From the NCBI GenBank assembly GCA_017536445.1, contig JAFXHJ010000002.1, forward strand, positions 49,467 to 113,466: DNA of 64,000 bases, given 5' to 3'. Source of the DNA: Clostridia bacterium (GTDB lineage Bacteria; Bacillota; Clostridia; TANB77; CAG-465). Below are positions 18,347 through 27,057 of the stretch, piece after piece (positions within the stretch are counted from its first letter, which is position 1; the number at the start of each line of letters is the position of its first letter). The position numbers and the translations under genes are program-made. The notes beneath the pieces are model-generated. The model had not been told where the DNA came from. It saw nothing but the letters and a program-made list of their open reading frames with translations, and did not search any database.

Positions 18347-18375
18347 CAATGCACCTATCACAAAGGAGGCAACCA

Positions 18376-19257
18376 ATGAATAAATCAAAAGTATACTATA
18401 CAAAAGAAATAATACCATCTAGTTTGGTGGAAATGTATAAAGCAGTAGGTAAAGAACTTACCGGAAAAGTAGCAGTTAAAGTACATTCTGGAGAAAAAGG
18501 TAATCAAAATTATTTAAGACCAGAATTTCTAAAAGAATTAGTAGATTATGTAGGTGGTACTATTGTAGAATGTAACACTGCATATAATGGTGAGAGAAAT
18601 ACTACAGATAAACATACTAAGTTAATGGAAGACCATGGTTGGAGTAAATGTTTTAATGTAGATATATTAGATAGTGAAGGTCCAGATTTAGAGATAGATA
18701 TTCCTAATGGTACTGTTATTAACAAAAACTATTTAGGTAAGAATATTAAAAACTATGATTCTATGTTAGTTGTATCTCATTTCAAAGGACATCCTATGGG
18801 TGGATATGGTGGGGCATTAAAACAACTATCTATTGGTTTAGCATCTGCATCAGGCAAAGCTTGGATTCATTCTGCTGGTGTTACAAAAGATGTTAATCTT
18901 GTATGGAAAAATACAGCACCACAAGACAAGTTTTTAGAAGCAATGGCAGAGAGTGCTTCTTCTGTAGTAGAATACTTTAAAGGTAACATTGTATATATTA
19001 ACATTATGTGTAATATGTCTGTAGATTGTGATTGTTGTGCAGTAGCAGAAGATCCTTGTATGAAAGATATAGGTGTGCTAGCAGCTACTGACCCAGTAGC
19101 TATAGACCAAGCCTCAATAGACTTAGTAAAGGAGGCTAAAGATATAGGGAAGGAATATTTATTAGAAAGAATTAATTCTAGACATGGTACTCATACTATA
19201 GATGTTGCAGATAAACTTGGCTTTGGTTCTAAGGAATATAATTTAATAGAGATATAG
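18376..19257 (+). CDS. DUF362 domain protein (Cys-rich, likely Fe-S binding)
   Basis: 'MNKSKVYYTKEI...' N-terminus typical of DUF362. C-terminal Cys cluster CNMSVDCDCCAVAEDPC. Start at ATG 18376 with RBS aaggagg. Confidence 0.6.
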   Translation: MNKSKVYYTKEIIPSSLVEMYKAVGKELTGKVAVKVHSGEKGNQNYLRPEFLKELVDYVGGTIVECNTAYNGERNTTDKHTKLMEDHGWSKCFNVDILDSEGPDLEIDIPNGTVINKNYLGKNIKNYDSMLVVSHFKGHPMGGYGGALKQLSIGLASASGKAWIHSAGVTKDVNLVWKNTAPQDKFLEAMAESASSVVEYFKGNIVYINIMCNMSVDCDCCAVAEDPCMKDIGVLAATDPVAIDQASIDLVKEAKDIGKEYLLERINSRHGTHTIDVADKLGFGSKEYNLIEI

Positions 19258-19260
19258 ATA

Positions 19261-19298
19261 AAAGAGATATATTTAGTTTGCACTAAATATATCTCTTT
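19261..19298 (+). terminator. terminator after DUF362 gene
   Basis: 15-bp perfect stem aaagagatatattta/taaatatatctcttt. Confidence 0.55.
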
Positions 19299-19393
19299 TA
19301 GTGTTTGCAAATTTTTTGAAAATGTCGAAATAAGTCTAAAAACATTGTAAAAAATGTAAAATATGGTATAATAATTCCAATGGAGTAGTAGAT

Positions 19394-19957
19394 ATGAAGA
19401 AGAAAATAAAGAACAAAGTAAGGAATGAAACAAAAAAGGAATTGGCAAGAAAAGATTTGAATAAGAATTTGGATTTAATATTAGATATAATGAAGAATGG
19501 GTATAATCAACATTATGAGAGAACACAAAGTTTGGATAGTAAAAGTGGATTCTTTGTAGCGTTTCATGCAGCGCTAATAGCATTTGTTTTAGATTTCGAA
19601 ACGATAAATAAAATGATTCATAATGATATTGAAAGTATGCCACAAATTGTCATAACAGTAGCGGCTACAATAATATTTGTGTTGCTATTATTAGTAGCTA
19701 TTGCCGCTATTGTAACATTTATGTGTAGTTTGATTTCAAGAAATATCAAATATATTCCAGAAGCAATATGCGCGGAAGTATATTACAATAGTGACAATAT
19801 AGATTTTAAGAAAAGACTATTAGAAGGCTATAAGGATATAGCAAGAAACAATGAAGAAGTATTGAAGAAAAAACATAGATCATTTAATTTAGGCGTTGCT
19901 TTAACTATTGCGGAAATTGTGCTGTGGTGCATTAGCATAATATTTAAATTGTTTTAA
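19394..19957 (+). CDS. membrane protein (hypothetical), Lys-rich N-terminus
   Basis: Two or three TM helices. RBS aatggag. Confidence 0.5.
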   Translation: MKKKIKNKVRNETKKELARKDLNKNLDLILDIMKNGYNQHYERTQSLDSKSGFFVAFHAALIAFVLDFETINKMIHNDIESMPQIVITVAATIIFVLLLLVAIAAIVTFMCSLISRNIKYIPEAICAEVYYNSDNIDFKKRLLEGYKDIARNNEEVLKKKHRSFNLGVALTIAEIVLWCISIIFKLF

Positions 19958-19970
19958 GGAGGGAAACAGA

Positions 19971-20099
19971 TGGCAGAAGATAAGGATAAGAAAAAACGGA
20001 TACAAACCCATGTCCGCCAATACCTACAGGAATACATCAAAACAGCTATGAGCCAAATAAGGATAAGAAAACTGAAAAACGTGGGTAGGTTTATATAAA
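19971..20099 (+). CDS. small basic ORF (42 aa, MAEDKDKKKRIQTHVRQYLQEYIKTAMSQIRIRKLKNVGRFI), not in ORF track
   Basis: Strong RBS aaggagggaaacagATG. Followed by a hairpin/terminator-like element at ~20101-20140. Confidence 0.35.
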
Positions 20100-20499
20100 A
20101 AACAGACATCCTAACTATATTGAAGTGGGAGTCTGTTTTTTTCTACAACGCCAACGGTTCTAGCGCTTTTTATATTAGATAAGATCGTTTGAACTTTCTT
20201 GAAAAAATATTTCTAATATAAAAAGAATTGTAAGTTTTTTGAAAAGCTAGTTGTATCAATGACTAAGAAGAATTGAAGTTTACCGTAAAAAAATCGCCGT
20301 CAAAAATGTTTTTATAATATCACAAAAAAGTTGCATTTGCAACAGATTTAATATTTTTCGCGGGTTACAATAAAGTAGGATAAAAAAAGTCCAGCTATAA
20401 GCTGAACAGTGTAAATTCTCCATTACACTGACAGTTTATCAAAAACCGTTCCGGAATTCAATAGTTTGGACTTAAATTATCCGGAAAGGAGTCAAATAA

Positions 20500-20694
20500 A
20501 TGCAAAAAACATTTAAACCGGGCGAAAAATCTAACCGTTCTGGCCAATTTGAAATAGTTGGACCTAGAGGCGGTAGAACAGGCGAAGAAAGAACTGTGGT
20601 TATAAGAGAACCTTTTCCGCCAACACCAAAATCAGGTCAAAAATATGTTTTAACTGACGCTAGCAAAAATGGCGCAGGTAAAGGCAGAAAATAA
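20500..20694 (+). CDS. YjzC-like small protein
   Basis: 'KPGEKSNRSGQFEIVGPRGGRTGEERTV...PPTPKSGQKYVL' resembles the YjzC family. RBS ggaaaggag. Higher local GC. Confidence 0.5.
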   Translation: MQKTFKPGEKSNRSGQFEIVGPRGGRTGEERTVVIREPFPPTPKSGQKYVLTDASKNGAGKGRK

Positions 20695-20698
20695 GACC

Positions 20699-20731
20699 AT
20701 AGCGAGAGATATTAATCTCTCGCTATTTTTA
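20699..20731 (+). terminator. terminator after yjzC-like gene
   Basis: atagcgagagat-atta-atctctcgctat stem followed by TTTTT. Confidence 0.65.
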
Positions 20732-20814
20732 TGTATTTTACTTGACAACGATTAAATGGCATGTTAAAATAATATTGCCATCAAAAAGAGGCAATAAACG
20801 AAGGATGTGGCAAA

Positions 20815-21177
20815 TTGGATACAATAGGTAAATATATAAGAGGTCAAAACCTATTAAGGATAAAACGCATAGTAGATGCGGATATAAACGGAGATAAATT
20901 TATTATACGAAGGAGAAAAAAGAATGTAGAGTTTATGAGAGAATATTCTTTAACAGATGAAGATGTTAAGAATATAGTAAGATCCCTTACTGTTAAAGAC
21001 TGTTTTAAAGGACCAGAGAAAGATAGAGATGAAGAATATGAGGGTTTTCTCTTTTTCTTTTGTCCGATGTTTGAAGGAATAAAATTATATATTAAGATTA
21101 GAATAGAAAGTGATGAGAAGTCGGTTTGTTTATCAGTGCATGAATTTGGTAAATATGATGAGGTGGGAGAAGTATGA
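20815..21177 (+). CDS. MqsR-family toxin (predicted mRNA interferase)
   Basis: Aligns by eye with E. coli MqsR along its length (LTVKDCFKGPE vs LSESDFYKSM; KLYIKIRIESDE...SVHEF vs QVYLKITVIHDVLIVSFKE). TTG start with RBS aaggatg. 4-nt overlap with the next gene. Confidence 0.6.
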   Translation: MDTIGKYIRGQNLLRIKRIVDADINGDKFIIRRRKKNVEFMREYSLTDEDVKNIVRSLTVKDCFKGPEKDRDEEYEGFLFFFCPMFEGIKLYIKIRIESDEKSVCLSVHEFGKYDEVGEV

Positions 21178-22187
21178 AAGTGTATTGTCCATATTGTAGA
21201 GAAGAAAAAGAATATATTATTGAAACAAGAGAAGTAAAAGAATTTAGAGGAAAAGAAATAGATACATATGAAAACGTAGCGATGTGTAAAACATGTAAGA
21301 ACGATTTGTATGTAAATGAATTAGAAACTGAAAATAGTAAAAGAATATATGAAGCATATAGACAAACTGAAAATATCATAAAACCACAAGATATAATAGA
21401 TTTGAGAAGCAAATATGATATATCACAAAGAGAATTAACTGCTATACTAGGATTTGGCAAAATGACAATAAATAGATACGAAAGAGGAGGAGTACCAACT
21501 AAATCTCAAAGTGATTATATTAAACTTTTAATAGAAAATGAATCTAAATTTATTGAGAAAGTAAAAGAAGCGTATAGTAAAAATAATATAACTAAAAAAA
21601 CATATGAAAAGATAATGTCTAAAGAAAATTATGAAGAATGTAATACTAATAATTTGCAAAATTTAATAAGAAAATGTATAACAAACAATCTATCTAGAAC
21701 GCCAGATATATATAATGGTTATAAGCTATTAGATTTAGATAAATTAGAAAATATTATTTCGTATATAGCAAGTCAAGTTAAAAATTTAACTGTTACAAGC
21801 ATTAATAAATATTTATGGTATATAGATATGTTATCTTTTAAAGAACAATGTGTTGCTGTAACAGGCCTAACATATGAGCATGAAAAGTTTGGCCCTACAA
21901 TAGATGGGAAAAACTATAATACGTTAATGATTCTAAACAACAAGTATGTTAAAGAAGAAACTGAAAATGATTATGGCACAACAACACAAATAGTAAGTAA
22001 AAAGAATTATGATCTTAATTGCTTATCTGATGATGAACTTGAAATTATAAACAAAGTAATTAAATTATTAAAAAACAAAAAAGTAACTGACATATCTGCA
22101 ATGTCCCATTTAGAAGATGGATGGAAAAAGACGAAAAGATATGAAAAGATTTCGTTTGAGTACGCAATGAATTTAAGCATAGATTAA
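21174..22187 (+). CDS. MqsA-like antitoxin (Zn-ribbon + XRE HTH) fused to C-terminal Panacea (DUF4065)-like domain
   Basis: N-terminal CPYC...CKTC zinc ribbon. HTH 'ISQRELTAILGFGKMTINRYERGGVPTKSQSDYIKLL' parallels MqsA 'LSQKEASEIFGGGVNAFSRYEKG...STIKLL'. C-terminal ~200 aa carries a DUF4065-like pattern (INKYLWYIDMLSF...GLTYEHEKFGPT). Confidence 0.6.
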   Translation: MKVYCPYCREEKEYIIETREVKEFRGKEIDTYENVAMCKTCKNDLYVNELETENSKRIYEAYRQTENIIKPQDIIDLRSKYDISQRELTAILGFGKMTINRYERGGVPTKSQSDYIKLLIENESKFIEKVKEAYSKNNITKKTYEKIMSKENYEECNTNNLQNLIRKCITNNLSRTPDIYNGYKLLDLDKLENIISYIASQVKNLTVTSINKYLWYIDMLSFKEQCVAVTGLTYEHEKFGPTIDGKNYNTLMILNNKYVKEETENDYGTTTQIVSKKNYDLNCLSDDELEIINKVIKLLKNKKVTDISAMSHLEDGWKKTKRYEKISFEYAMNLSID

Positions 22188-22215
22188 AATAAATCAAAAT
22201 ATACAAAGGAGAATA

Positions 22216-22575
22216 TTGATGTATAAATTAACAAGCGCATTATGTAGTTTAATAAGAGATGAAATATTTCCTGATGCTTTTGAAGGACTTGCAGATACTT
22301 CACCTTTAGGGGTAATAGCGAGCATTGGAGGATTTCTCTGGTTAATAGGATGGATTTCATATGCTATGTGTGGAATTTTTTATAGTCGAGGAGACGGAGC
22401 GTGGGTTGGTTCGATAGGATACACAATATTTTTGGGAATTAATACTTATATTATTATACAATTAGTAAAATGGTTTAATTCAATAAATATTATATTATTG
22501 CTTTATCTTTTAGTTGCTGGAATACTATATATAGCTTTGAGCAAACTAAACGAAATATTATATCGTTATAGTTAA
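22216..22575 (+). CDS. membrane protein (hypothetical)
   Basis: Three or four TM helices. RBS aaaggagaatattgATG. Confidence 0.5.
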   Translation: MMYKLTSALCSLIRDEIFPDAFEGLADTSPLGVIASIGGFLWLIGWISYAMCGIFYSRGDGAWVGSIGYTIFLGINTYIIIQLVKWFNSINIILLLYLLVAGILYIALSKLNEILYRYS

Positions 22576-22586
22576 TAAAAACACAA

Positions 22587-22616
22587 ACACCCAAGAATTA
22601 ATCTTGGGTGTTTTGT
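22587..22616. terminator. bidirectional terminator between convergent genes
   Basis: acacccaaga/tcttgggtgt stem flanked by A-run and T-run. Confidence 0.6.
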
Positions 22617-22647
22617 GGATAGTGTGGATACTTTCCACTCCTTTTGC

Positions 22648-23448
22648 TTACTTCTTGGAAATAAGAAGAATCTCGCTTTCTGCATCCACGACAGAAACTT
22701 CTTTGCAGCCATGAAGAAGCATAGACTCTTTCATCCAACCTAAGTTTAAGGCTGTCTCACTCTCGTTACAAGCATTATTCTCGGGGTTGTATACGCCCTT
22801 TATAGGGGTGTATGCTCCGTTAGATACATCAATGTACCCGTTAGAGATAGAGAAGAGAATTACGCCTCCTGGCTTCACAGAACGGTATGCTTTTTCTGCA
22901 ATGAAGTCCAGGTTGTTTCCTGCACAGTATGCAGCGCGAAGGCTAATGAAAATGTCATATGCACCTTCTTTAAGCTCTGCCTCATCCATAGAAGCACAGT
23001 GGAAGTCCATATGCGGGAAGAGTTCTTTACCTTTCTTGCAGGCATCTTCGGAAATCTCTACAACATCAAAAGACATTGTGTTAAAATACTTCTCGAAAAT
23101 TATAGCAAGCTCAGAGCCGTTGTTTGCTCCAACAGCAATAACCTTCTTTCCATCAAGAGGCCCTAAGAGACGCACAATCTCATTTAAGATAATGCTGTTC
23201 CAGTTAGGACAAACGGACCGGTAGTCTGTGGCATACTCGTATGCACCATACTTCTTGTTGAATGCATAAGAACGAGCATCTTTGGAAACTTCCAGGAATT
23301 GTTTATGGCTTTCAACAGGAATGTTTTTAAGCCAGTTTTCTACTGCTACATCCCAGTAAAGGGAAGAATCAAAGGTAAGATTGAAACCATGCGCTTTAAA
23401 GTATTCTTCAATGAGCGATTTAATACTTGCTTCGTACCAGTTGTTCAT
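22648..23448 (-). CDS. class I SAM-dependent methyltransferase
   Basis: Motif I 'VIAVGANNGSE'. Rossmann-fold pattern. Confidence 0.7.
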   Translation of the reverse strand: MNNWYEASIKSLIEEYFKAHGFNLTFDSSLYWDVAVENWLKNIPVESHKQFLEVSKDARSYAFNKKYGAYEYATDYRSVCPNWNSIILNEIVRLLGPLDGKKVIAVGANNGSELAIIFEKYFNTMSFDVVEISEDACKKGKELFPHMDFHCASMDEAELKEGAYDIFISLRAAYCAGNNLDFIAEKAYRSVKPGGVILFSISNGYIDVSNGAYTPIKGVYNPENNACNESETALNLGWMKESMLLHGCKEVSVVDAESEILLISKK

Positions 23449-23628
23449 AAGCTATCTCCTTTATAATTATTTTGAAAATCTTTAATCCAATATATTAATA
23501 ACACAAATATTATAGCAAAAAGCAGGAGAAAAGTAAACATAAAACGGTAGTAGAGTAGTTATTTAACACATTTACTTGCAAAAGGAATATAAAAATATTA
23601 AAATAATAGTAGTCTAGGAGGTAAAAAT

Positions 23629-24081
23629 ATGGATAAAATATTTAGCTTTATAGTAAACAGAAAAACAAATAAACTATTACTTCTTTTAGGAAGTCCAGAA
23701 GATCCACAATTCCATAAATCTTTTTGGTATGTAGTAACAGGTGGTAAGGAAGATACAGATACAAATCTAGAACAAGCGGTAGTAAGAGAAATAAAAGAAG
23801 AAACAAATTTAGATGCAGTAGAAACACTTTATCTAAAATGGATATTTAAATACAAATCACTTGGAAACATTTGCACAGAATATGTCTATGTTTCATTTAT
23901 AGGCGAGGATAGTAACATCGTATTAAATGAAGAAAGCATAGATTACAAATGGTGCGATGTAGATGAATTTATAGAACTTATAGAATGGTCAGATGACAAA
24001 GAGTTCTTAAGAGAAGTTGTAAAAGCAGCATTAAACAAAGAAGTATACATTAAAGAAGAAAAAGTAGACCAATACTTTTAA
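23629..24081 (+). CDS. NUDIX hydrolase
   Basis: Nudix box GGKEDTDTNLEQAVVREIKEETNL. Confidence 0.75.
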   Translation: MDKIFSFIVNRKTNKLLLLLGSPEDPQFHKSFWYVVTGGKEDTDTNLEQAVVREIKEETNLDAVETLYLKWIFKYKSLGNICTEYVYVSFIGEDSNIVLNEESIDYKWCDVDEFIELIEWSDDKEFLREVVKAALNKEVYIKEEKVDQYF

Positions 24082-24183
24082 TATAACAAAGATATAAATA
24101 TAACAAAGTAAAAGAAGAAGGAGCACACAGTAGTGTACTCCTTCTATTTATTTTTTGTATATTGGTATTTGCAAAGCATAGCG

Positions 24184-24906
24184 TTACTTCTTAATCAAGA
24201 AATAAAACTGCGTGTGCCTCACATCGTTAACCGGAGCAGCCGAAACATCGATGAGTTCATAGCTGTATCCGAGAGTTGTAAGAATGGTTGCAATCTCGTT
24301 GATAGAGAAAAGCCTAATCTTGTGGTAATCCATATATTCGAAGTCTTCGCCGGTAAGCTTGTTATGAACCTCAAACTTAGGCTCCCATACAGAGTAAACT
24401 TCATCCACTCTGTTGGATACCCAGGATTCCCTTACGATAATACTATCGTTTTCATAGGTCTTATCCTTGACATAGCCATCAATCCACTTGTCTATGCAGT
24501 ATCTTACATCGAAGATAACATAGTCATTCGCATGCTCCAAGAGGTTCTTGATTGAACGCTCGAGATCTTCAAGGGTAAGATTATACTGCAGTGCACTTCC
24601 AAGACAAGAGACAACGCTGAACTTTCTGTCAAGTGCAAAGTCGCTCATATCTCCGTGCATAAAGTTGATGTGTGGATTTTTTGCTCTGGCAATATCAAGC
24701 ATGCCTTTAGAGTAGTCCAAACCAAAGATGTTGTAGCTCTCAGGTGAGAAAAAGTGAATGTGTTCACCAGTTCCACAGCCAACATCCAAAAGGGACTTAT
24801 CTTTAGACTTGTCTGTAAGAAGCTTTAAGAGTTCGTATTCCCGGTCATAGGGAATGCCGGCGTTTATAAGGTCGTAGATTTCAGCAAGCTGTTCATACAT
24901 AATCAT
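24184..24906 (-). CDS. class I SAM-dependent methyltransferase
   Basis: Motif I 'LLDVGCGTGEH'. Confidence 0.75.
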   Translation of the reverse strand: MIMYEQLAEIYDLINAGIPYDREYELLKLLTDKSKDKSLLDVGCGTGEHIHFFSPESYNIFGLDYSKGMLDIARAKNPHINFMHGDMSDFALDRKFSVVSCLGSALQYNLTLEDLERSIKNLLEHANDYVIFDVRYCIDKWIDGYVKDKTYENDSIIVRESWVSNRVDEVYSVWEPKFEVHNKLTGEDFEYMDYHKIRLFSINEIATILTTLGYSYELIDVSAAPVNDVRHTQFYFLIKK

Positions 24907-24907
24907 C

Positions 24908-25480
24908 TTACTTTTCCTCCTTTATTTTGTTAATGCATTCTAAAAGAGTTTCAGCGCTGTTAAAATACATCACAGTCACATCGGATTCGAGCTCGGCGTT
25001 AAGATGAGAGCTTACAACTCTTTCATCAATAAGGACGTAAACCGTCTTATGACTCCAAAGCCTATGAACCTTGGTATGGGCAATCTCGGTGAATACACCG
25101 GCAGAGAGACCAAGGCAAAGCATAACATCAAAGTTCTTGTTTGGCTGAGTGTTCATCTCTGCCCAACCACCGTTAATTTCTACTGCTTCATCGCAGAAAG
25201 AAAGATTGCCAGTAATTGTAGGTGTATTTCCGTACTTGGGATAAAATCCCTTAATCTTGGTAGTTCTATCAGGAATAGAGTGAAGTGCTTTGGCAACGTC
25301 CAAAGGAACTCCGATATCCGGAAGTACACCGATAGCTTCAAAGTGAGTGTTTAAGAATCGTGCTATGCTATCGATATACTTAGGATAATCAGCTTCGGTG
25401 ATGTGACCAAACGTGTAAAGGTTCTTAATGCCATTGTTGCTAGGCCCGGCAATAAAGGCCGTAAGTTTAGTGTTGTTCAT
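24908..25480 (-). CDS. LOG/SLOG-like Rossmann-fold protein (hypothetical)
   Basis: 'LTAFIAGPSNNG' N-terminal strand and 'CLGLSAGVFTEI' resembling the LOG 'PGGxGTxEE' motif. Start set at MNNTKL (25480) with RBS ggagatg. Confidence 0.4.
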   Translation of the reverse strand: MNNTKLTAFIAGPSNNGIKNLYTFGHITEADYPKYIDSIARFLNTHFEAIGVLPDIGVPLDVAKALHSIPDRTTKIKGFYPKYGNTPTITGNLSFCDEAVEINGGWAEMNTQPNKNFDVMLCLGLSAGVFTEIAHTKVHRLWSHKTVYVLIDERVVSSHLNAELESDVTVMYFNSAETLLECINKIKEEK

Positions 25481-26552
25481 AACGCATCTCCTTGTAACTA
25501 TTATATGCCCCAGGAAACGAGTTTGCAAACACAATTTCGCCGTGGAGTTTCATTATGGCCTTACCATATTCATAAAGAATAGGGTTGATGTGGAGAGATT
25601 CGTTCCACTCGCCATACTTAAGGTAGCAGGAAGACAGATACTTCTTGTTGAATTTGCCGTAGGTAATCTCCTTGCAGTGCCCGTGAACAATCACATCTAC
25701 GTTCTTAAACTCGCTAAAGAGTTCATAAACGAGAGGAAATTCAGAGGTAGGGCACTTGGTACCGCACCAGTGTACAACACGGTTATCTACCTTAACGACA
25801 AGGACAATGTCCTCTTTGTTAAGAGCACCGACCTGCGCGCCAGTAGCAGTAACCAAGTAACCCTCGGGGATACGCTTAGCAAGAAAACCAGCAACATTGG
25901 AAAGATACCCATCATCACAAAGTTTCTTGCCGTTTTCAGCAAACTCGTTAAAGTATGCTTCAAGGATACTTTCAGGAATAGGTCCATCGCAGAGGTTCTC
26001 ATACTTAATCTTGGTGTAGCAGTGGAGAATAGAATCTACGATTTTTTCATAAGGAGCCATGGTGGTCTTTACGAGATTTCCTTCATCGTCATAGATATAC
26101 TCAGGGAAAATAACCTGAACATTTTTCTGACTCTGAAGGATACGAAGACTTTCCTGCAGTGCGAAGTTGTTCCAAAGGGAAGCATCCATAGCCGGTGCAA
26201 TAATGCACTTAACACCCTTGCCAAGAGCGTTGTGGATAACAGACAAAGGATAATTATCTGCAATGCCACGAGCAATCTTGTTCATGGTGTTAAAGGTGCA
26301 CGGTGCAACTACCACGATGTCCTCTTCAGGAACAATGAGGTTGTTGGACTTAGAGAAATCACACTTAATGTGATACTTGAGACTCAAAGCCTCATAGTTG
26401 GGCAGTAAATCTCGACCCATTTCAGTGGGCAGAATCCAAATGTTAGGATTATATGAACTGAGCTGCTCAAGAAACAAGTCGAAATACTTAGTCTTGTGTG
26501 CTCCGGTAGGAACAAGGTAAAGAACTTTTCCGTCCAAAAAGTTGTTTTTCAT
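25467..26552 (-). CDS. fusion protein: N-terminal HFCD-type flavoprotein (CoaC/EpiD/UbiX fold) + C-terminal class II aldolase/adducin-like domain
   Basis: N-terminal 'VVVAPCTFNTMNKIARGIADN' (flavoprotein PxxTANTxAKxAxGxxD-like). C-terminal 'PTSEFPLVYELF...VDVIVHGH' (class II aldolase PSSE...H..hY...VvHtH pattern). Confidence 0.55.
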   Translation of the reverse strand: MKNNFLDGKVLYLVPTGAHKTKYFDLFLEQLSSYNPNIWILPTEMGRDLLPNYEALSLKYHIKCDFSKSNNLIVPEEDIVVVAPCTFNTMNKIARGIADNYPLSVIHNALGKGVKCIIAPAMDASLWNNFALQESLRILQSQKNVQVIFPEYIYDDEGNLVKTTMAPYEKIVDSILHCYTKIKYENLCDGPIPESILEAYFNEFAENGKKLCDDGYLSNVAGFLAKRIPEGYLVTATGAQVGALNKEDIVLVVKVDNRVVHWCGTKCPTSEFPLVYELFSEFKNVDVIVHGHCKEITYGKFNKKYLSSCYLKYGEWNESLHINPILYEYGKAIMKLHGEIVFANSFPGAYNSYKEMRYEQH

Positions 26553-26578
26553 AATAATCCTCCTTCTCTTAATAGAGA

Positions 26579-27043
26579 TTAGAAGTAAAATTGCCTATTG
26601 ATTTCGTATGCAATCGCGGCTGTTACAACCGGAAGGGTCAGGAAATCTACCGAGGTATTCATAGGCAGTTTTACCAGGTCATCAAGCAGAGACTGCTTGT
26701 AGGTGGTTAAGCCAGATGACTCGTTGCCAAAGACGATGACAATATTTCCTTCCGAGCAATCAAGCTCATAGAAAGACTTGGTTGCAGCACCAGAGGTACC
26801 AACAAGGATGTTGCCTTCAGCACGAAGTGTGTTAACAGCTTCTTCGAAGGTCTCGAAATGAGTAACCTTGGGGTAGGACGTGATGTTCCAAGAACGAATC
26901 TTGTCTACGATTTTCTTGTTATCGAAGGGAATGGAATTTCCCGCAGTGTAGATCTCACAGTCAAGGGCCGATGCAATCTGGATTACGTGTGCGATGTCAT
27001 AAGGCGACCGAATGGCGTCATAGAGTAACTTAATCTTTTTCAT
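26579..27043 (-). CDS. SPOUT (SpoU/TrmH/TrmL-like) RNA 2'-O-methyltransferase family protein
   Basis: ~150 aa with SPOUT knot motif 'IVIVFGNESSGL'. Confidence 0.7.
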   Translation of the reverse strand: MKKIKLLYDAIRSPYDIAHVIQIASALDCEIYTAGNSIPFDNKKIVDKIRSWNITSYPKVTHFETFEEAVNTLRAEGNILVGTSGAATKSFYELDCSEGNIVIVFGNESSGLTTYKQSLLDDLVKLPMNTSVDFLTLPVVTAAIAYEINRQFYF

Positions 27044-27057
27044 AATGCTATATCTCC

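Noticed and set aside
25428-26408. 326-aa plus-strand ORF
   Set aside because: Entirely antisense to the flavoprotein-aldolase gene. No RBS and no recognisable motif. The minus-strand gene has clear domain signatures.
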